Positions 23,171 to 26,143 of a stretch of DNA of 26,143 nt are shown here, piece by piece. Each line of letters starts with the position of its first letter. Positions within the stretch are counted from its first letter, which is position 1. A model generated the notes under the pieces. It made no database searches and was not told the origin of the DNA. It saw nothing but the letters and a program-made list of their open reading frames with translations. The translations under genes and the position numbers were made by a program. Origin of the DNA: Candidatus Nanopusillus sp. (GTDB lineage Archaea; Nanobdellota; Nanobdellia; Nanobdellales; Nanobdellaceae); the NCBI GenBank assembly GCA_028276785.1, contig JAPYVP010000006.1:1-26143 (forward strand), written 5' to 3'.

Positions 23171-24721
23171 ATGGAGGACAAAGACTCACTTAAAACCGGT
23201 TTGGAAATAGATATTGTAGATAGATTGAAAGTGCTAGAAAAAATGAAAGAAAAGGGGTATAATCCATATCCATATGAGTTTGATAAGACGAATGATATAA
23301 AAGAAATAGTAAATGATCCTGATAAATTTATGGATAAGTATGTAAAAATTGCAGGGAGGATTTATTCAATTAGAAAACATGGTGGGATTGCATTTTATGA
23401 TATAAAAGAAGAAGGATATAAAATACAGGTTGTTATTAAAAAAGATATAACAAAAAATTTTGAAGATGCATATGAATTTATTCAAAGAGGAGATATAATT
23501 GGTATATATGGAAAAATAGGACGAACAAAAGCTGGAGAATTATCGGTATTTGCTGAAGATTGGGTTATATTAACAAAAGCATTAATTTCCTTACCAGATC
23601 AATGGTATGGATTTAGTGATGTAGAAGAAAGATATAGAAAAAGATATTTAGATTTATTAATGAATGATGACGTAAGAAAATATTTTGAAATAAAATTTAA
23701 AGCAATAAGTTATGTTAGAAAATATTTTGAAAATTTAGGATATATAGAAGTACAAACACCAGTATTACAACCAATATATGGAGGAGCAAATGCAAAACCA
23801 TTTATTACATATGTAAATGATTTAAAAGAAAATTGGTATCTAAGGATTGCTACAGAACTATATTTAAAAAGGTATATGGTTGGCGGATTTAATAAAATAT
23901 TTGAAATTGGGCCAGATTTTAGGAATGAATCAATAGATGTAACCCATAATCCAGAATTTATAATGTTAGAAGCATATGAAGCATATGCAAATAGAGATAA
24001 AATGATGGAGATAGTGGAAAATTTAATATATGGAATTGCAAAAGATGTTATTGGAAAAGATTATATTGAATATAATGATAAAAAAATATCATTAAAACCG
24101 CCCTGGAAAAGGTTAACAATGTATGATGCATTAAAGGAATATGCAAATATAGATGTAACAAAATTATCAGATGATGAAATAATAGAAATAATGAAACAGA
24201 ATAATATTCAATTAGAATTAAAAGAATATAACAGAGGTTTAGCAATTACTGCATTATTTGAAGAATTGGTTGAAGATAAATTAATTGAACCAACATATAT
24301 TATAGAACATCCAAAAGAGAGTACACCTTTATGTAAATTAAGTAGGAAAGATCCTTCTTTAGTTGAAAGGGCTGAAGGATATATATTAGGAGTAGAAGTT
24401 GCAAATATATATTCTGAATTAAACGATCCAATATTACAAAATAAATTATTGTTGGAACAGGCAAAAATGAGAGAATTAGGTTTTGAAGAAGCACATCTAT
24501 ATGATCAAGACTTTGTAGAAGCACTAATGTATGGAATGCCACCTGCTGGGGGGATTGGAATAGGTATAGATAGAGTAATAATGTTATTATTAGGAATAAA
24601 GAGTATAAAAGAAATTATACCATTTCCAATGGTTAAGAAAAAAACAGAAAGTGAGGCAGTAAAAATATTGACAAAATATACAATAGAAAATCCAATTGTA
24701 AAAGGTTATGAAAAATATTAG
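23171..24721 (+). CDS. lysS: Lysyl-tRNA synthetase, class II
   Basis: OB anticodon-binding region VKIAGRIYSIRKHGGIAFYDI. Motif 2 region is FEIGPDFRNESIDVTHNPEFIMLEAYEAY. Motif 3 region is GMPPAGGIGIGIDRVIMLL. I prefer the start at ATG 23171 (MEDKD...) over the TTG at 23096. Confidence 0.9.
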   Translation: MEDKDSLKTGLEIDIVDRLKVLEKMKEKGYNPYPYEFDKTNDIKEIVNDPDKFMDKYVKIAGRIYSIRKHGGIAFYDIKEEGYKIQVVIKKDITKNFEDAYEFIQRGDIIGIYGKIGRTKAGELSVFAEDWVILTKALISLPDQWYGFSDVEERYRKRYLDLLMNDDVRKYFEIKFKAISYVRKYFENLGYIEVQTPVLQPIYGGANAKPFITYVNDLKENWYLRIATELYLKRYMVGGFNKIFEIGPDFRNESIDVTHNPEFIMLEAYEAYANRDKMMEIVENLIYGIAKDVIGKDYIEYNDKKISLKPPWKRLTMYDALKEYANIDVTKLSDDEIIEIMKQNNIQLELKEYNRGLAITALFEELVEDKLIEPTYIIEHPKESTPLCKLSRKDPSLVERAEGYILGVEVANIYSELNDPILQNKLLLEQAKMRELGFEEAHLYDQDFVEALMYGMPPAGGIGIGIDRVIMLLLGIKSIKEIIPFPMVKKKTESEAVKILTKYTIENPIVKGYEKY

Positions 24722-26143
24722 GCCCTTCCAATTCCAAATCTTTTTAATAATATTTTTATATTATCATTTACTAAAAATATAAAGAATAAACTATACACTA
24801 CTATAAATAAATAATAGTAAATATTTATTGGAACAACTATTCCAAATCCAAATAATGAAATTAAACTTGCAATTATCAATCCTGCAATTGTAGATATTAA
24901 GAAAAATTTACTAGGTTTTGATTTATAAAATCTGTCTTTTTCCCTAAATACATATGGCATTAATAGACCAAAATATGTTATTGCTATGAAAAAGAAAGAA
25001 TGTAAAAGATGAATATTGTTTATCTTAAATATATTTAATGCTATATATAATAACAAAGCCATTTCAGAAAATGTAAATATACCCATTGTACCTGCATATT
25101 CTACTAATTTTAATATATTCCATTTTTCAGGATATTGAGATCCTCTTTCATTATCTACAGATAATGCTATTATTTGAAAATCTATAATAAAGAAAAATAA
25201 TAATACATCTGTAGATGATAAAATGTATAATGGATTATGGTAAAAGATTGTAGTAAATAAAAACACTGATAAAACAAATAATGCAATTTCTATTGTCTTA
25301 TTTATTTTTGTTAATATCCATGTAACAACTCTTTGATATACAGATCTTCCAATTATAACTAAATCTACAATACCTTGTAAACCTTCTACAGTTAATACAA
25401 CAGAAGCTGCAGATTTTGCAACATCTGTTGCATTATATACTGCTATACCAACTTCTGCTTGTTTTAATGATGGAGAATCATTTACACCATCTCCAGTCAT
25501 TCCAACAATTTCTTTTTCCTCTTGTAAATTTTTTACAATATAATATTTATCCTCAGGATATATTTCTGCAAATATTTCAGATTCATTTATTAATTTCCTT
25601 GCTTTTTCAGGATCTGATTTTAATAATTCTCTTAATTCATTTCCGGATACTGCTTTATTATAATCTAATCCAATTTCTTTTCCAATTTCCTTCGCGATTG
25701 GTAATGAATCTCCAGTTAACATTTTTACTTTTATTCCAAGATCTTTTAGTTTTTTAATTAATTCTGGAGTATCTTTTCTTGGAATATCATATAATGCAAC
25801 AAGACCAACAGGTTCCCATTTATTATTATTATTTATTGCAACTGCTAAAGTTCTATAACCCCTTGATGCAAAATCTTCAACTATTTTTGATACTTCTTCT
25901 GGTATATTTATTTTACATAAATCATTAAATATAACATTTACTGCACCTTTTGATACATAAAATACTTTATCTTTATATAATACTTTTGCTTCCGTTCTTC
26001 TAGTAGAAGGATCAAATGGTTTAAATTCTAATATTTTATAATCATCTTTATTTATATTAATTTCTTTCGCTTTATTAATAAATGCCATATCTATTGGATC
26101 ATTATTTGATTCTTGTGATGCTAATGTTCCATATAATATTACA
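24718..26143 (-). CDS. P-type ATPase, type IIIA (plasma-membrane H+-ATPase-like), C-terminal part; N-terminus lies beyond the window
   Basis: [68 protein letters not shown] and [12 protein letters not shown] closely parallel the plant/fungal PMA and Methanocaldococcus-type H+-ATPase P and N domains. About 5-6 C-terminal TM helices follow. The frame stays open upstream of the first Met to the window edge (..[19 protein letters not shown]..). Confidence 0.85.
   Translation of the reverse strand, partial: [474 protein letters not shown]

Noticed and set aside
1-26143. Whole-window scan for CRISPR repeats, IS or transposase genes, integrases, split-tRNA halves, rRNA or other GC-rich RNA islands
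   Set aside because: ORFs with recognisable housekeeping products cover nearly all positions. The only GC-rich islands are the three complete tRNA genes. I saw no spaced direct repeats by eye, though exhaustive repeat detection would need a computational self-comparison.

Overview
The window is very AT-rich (roughly 20-25% G+C by eye) and almost gap-free in coding. It looks like core chromosome from a genome-reduced archaeon. Supporting gene content: RadA, an HMf-type histone, PCNA, aIF5A, ribosomal proteins S8e and L15e, an Sm-like protein, aMBF1, an ATP-dependent DNA ligase and XPD. There are three tRNA genes that stand out as GC-rich islands: Phe-GAA, an intron-containing Leu-UAA, and Ile-GAU. 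K/I/N/E/Y-rich proteins combined with very GC-rich tRNA stems suggest a thermophilic Nanoarchaeota/DPANN-like organism; this is inference and I cannot verify it. I call 30 protein genes. Many overlap by 1-27 nt, and most have a TATA-like element centred about 26 nt upstream of the ATG, which suggests leaderless transcripts. I found no CRISPR array, IS element, integrase, split-tRNA half, rRNA or clear defence island, so this is not an obvious accessory region. Five items deserve a second look. (1) An alkyltransferase-like/endonuclease V fusion has substitutions at the expected catalytic residues of both domains. (2) A SufC plus 211-aa SufD-like pair contains no cysteine at all, although FeS client proteins are encoded nearby. 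(3) A perfectly palindromic TATA element sits equidistant between the 5' end of tRNA-Ile and a divergent ORF, which raises the question of leaderless tRNA transcription. (4) DNA repair and replication genes are unusually dense, including a PCNA/DUF1998-helicase/ligase block. (5) Several orphan proteins are present, one with an HExxH motif. All functional calls rest on motif recognition by eye. No database search was possible.
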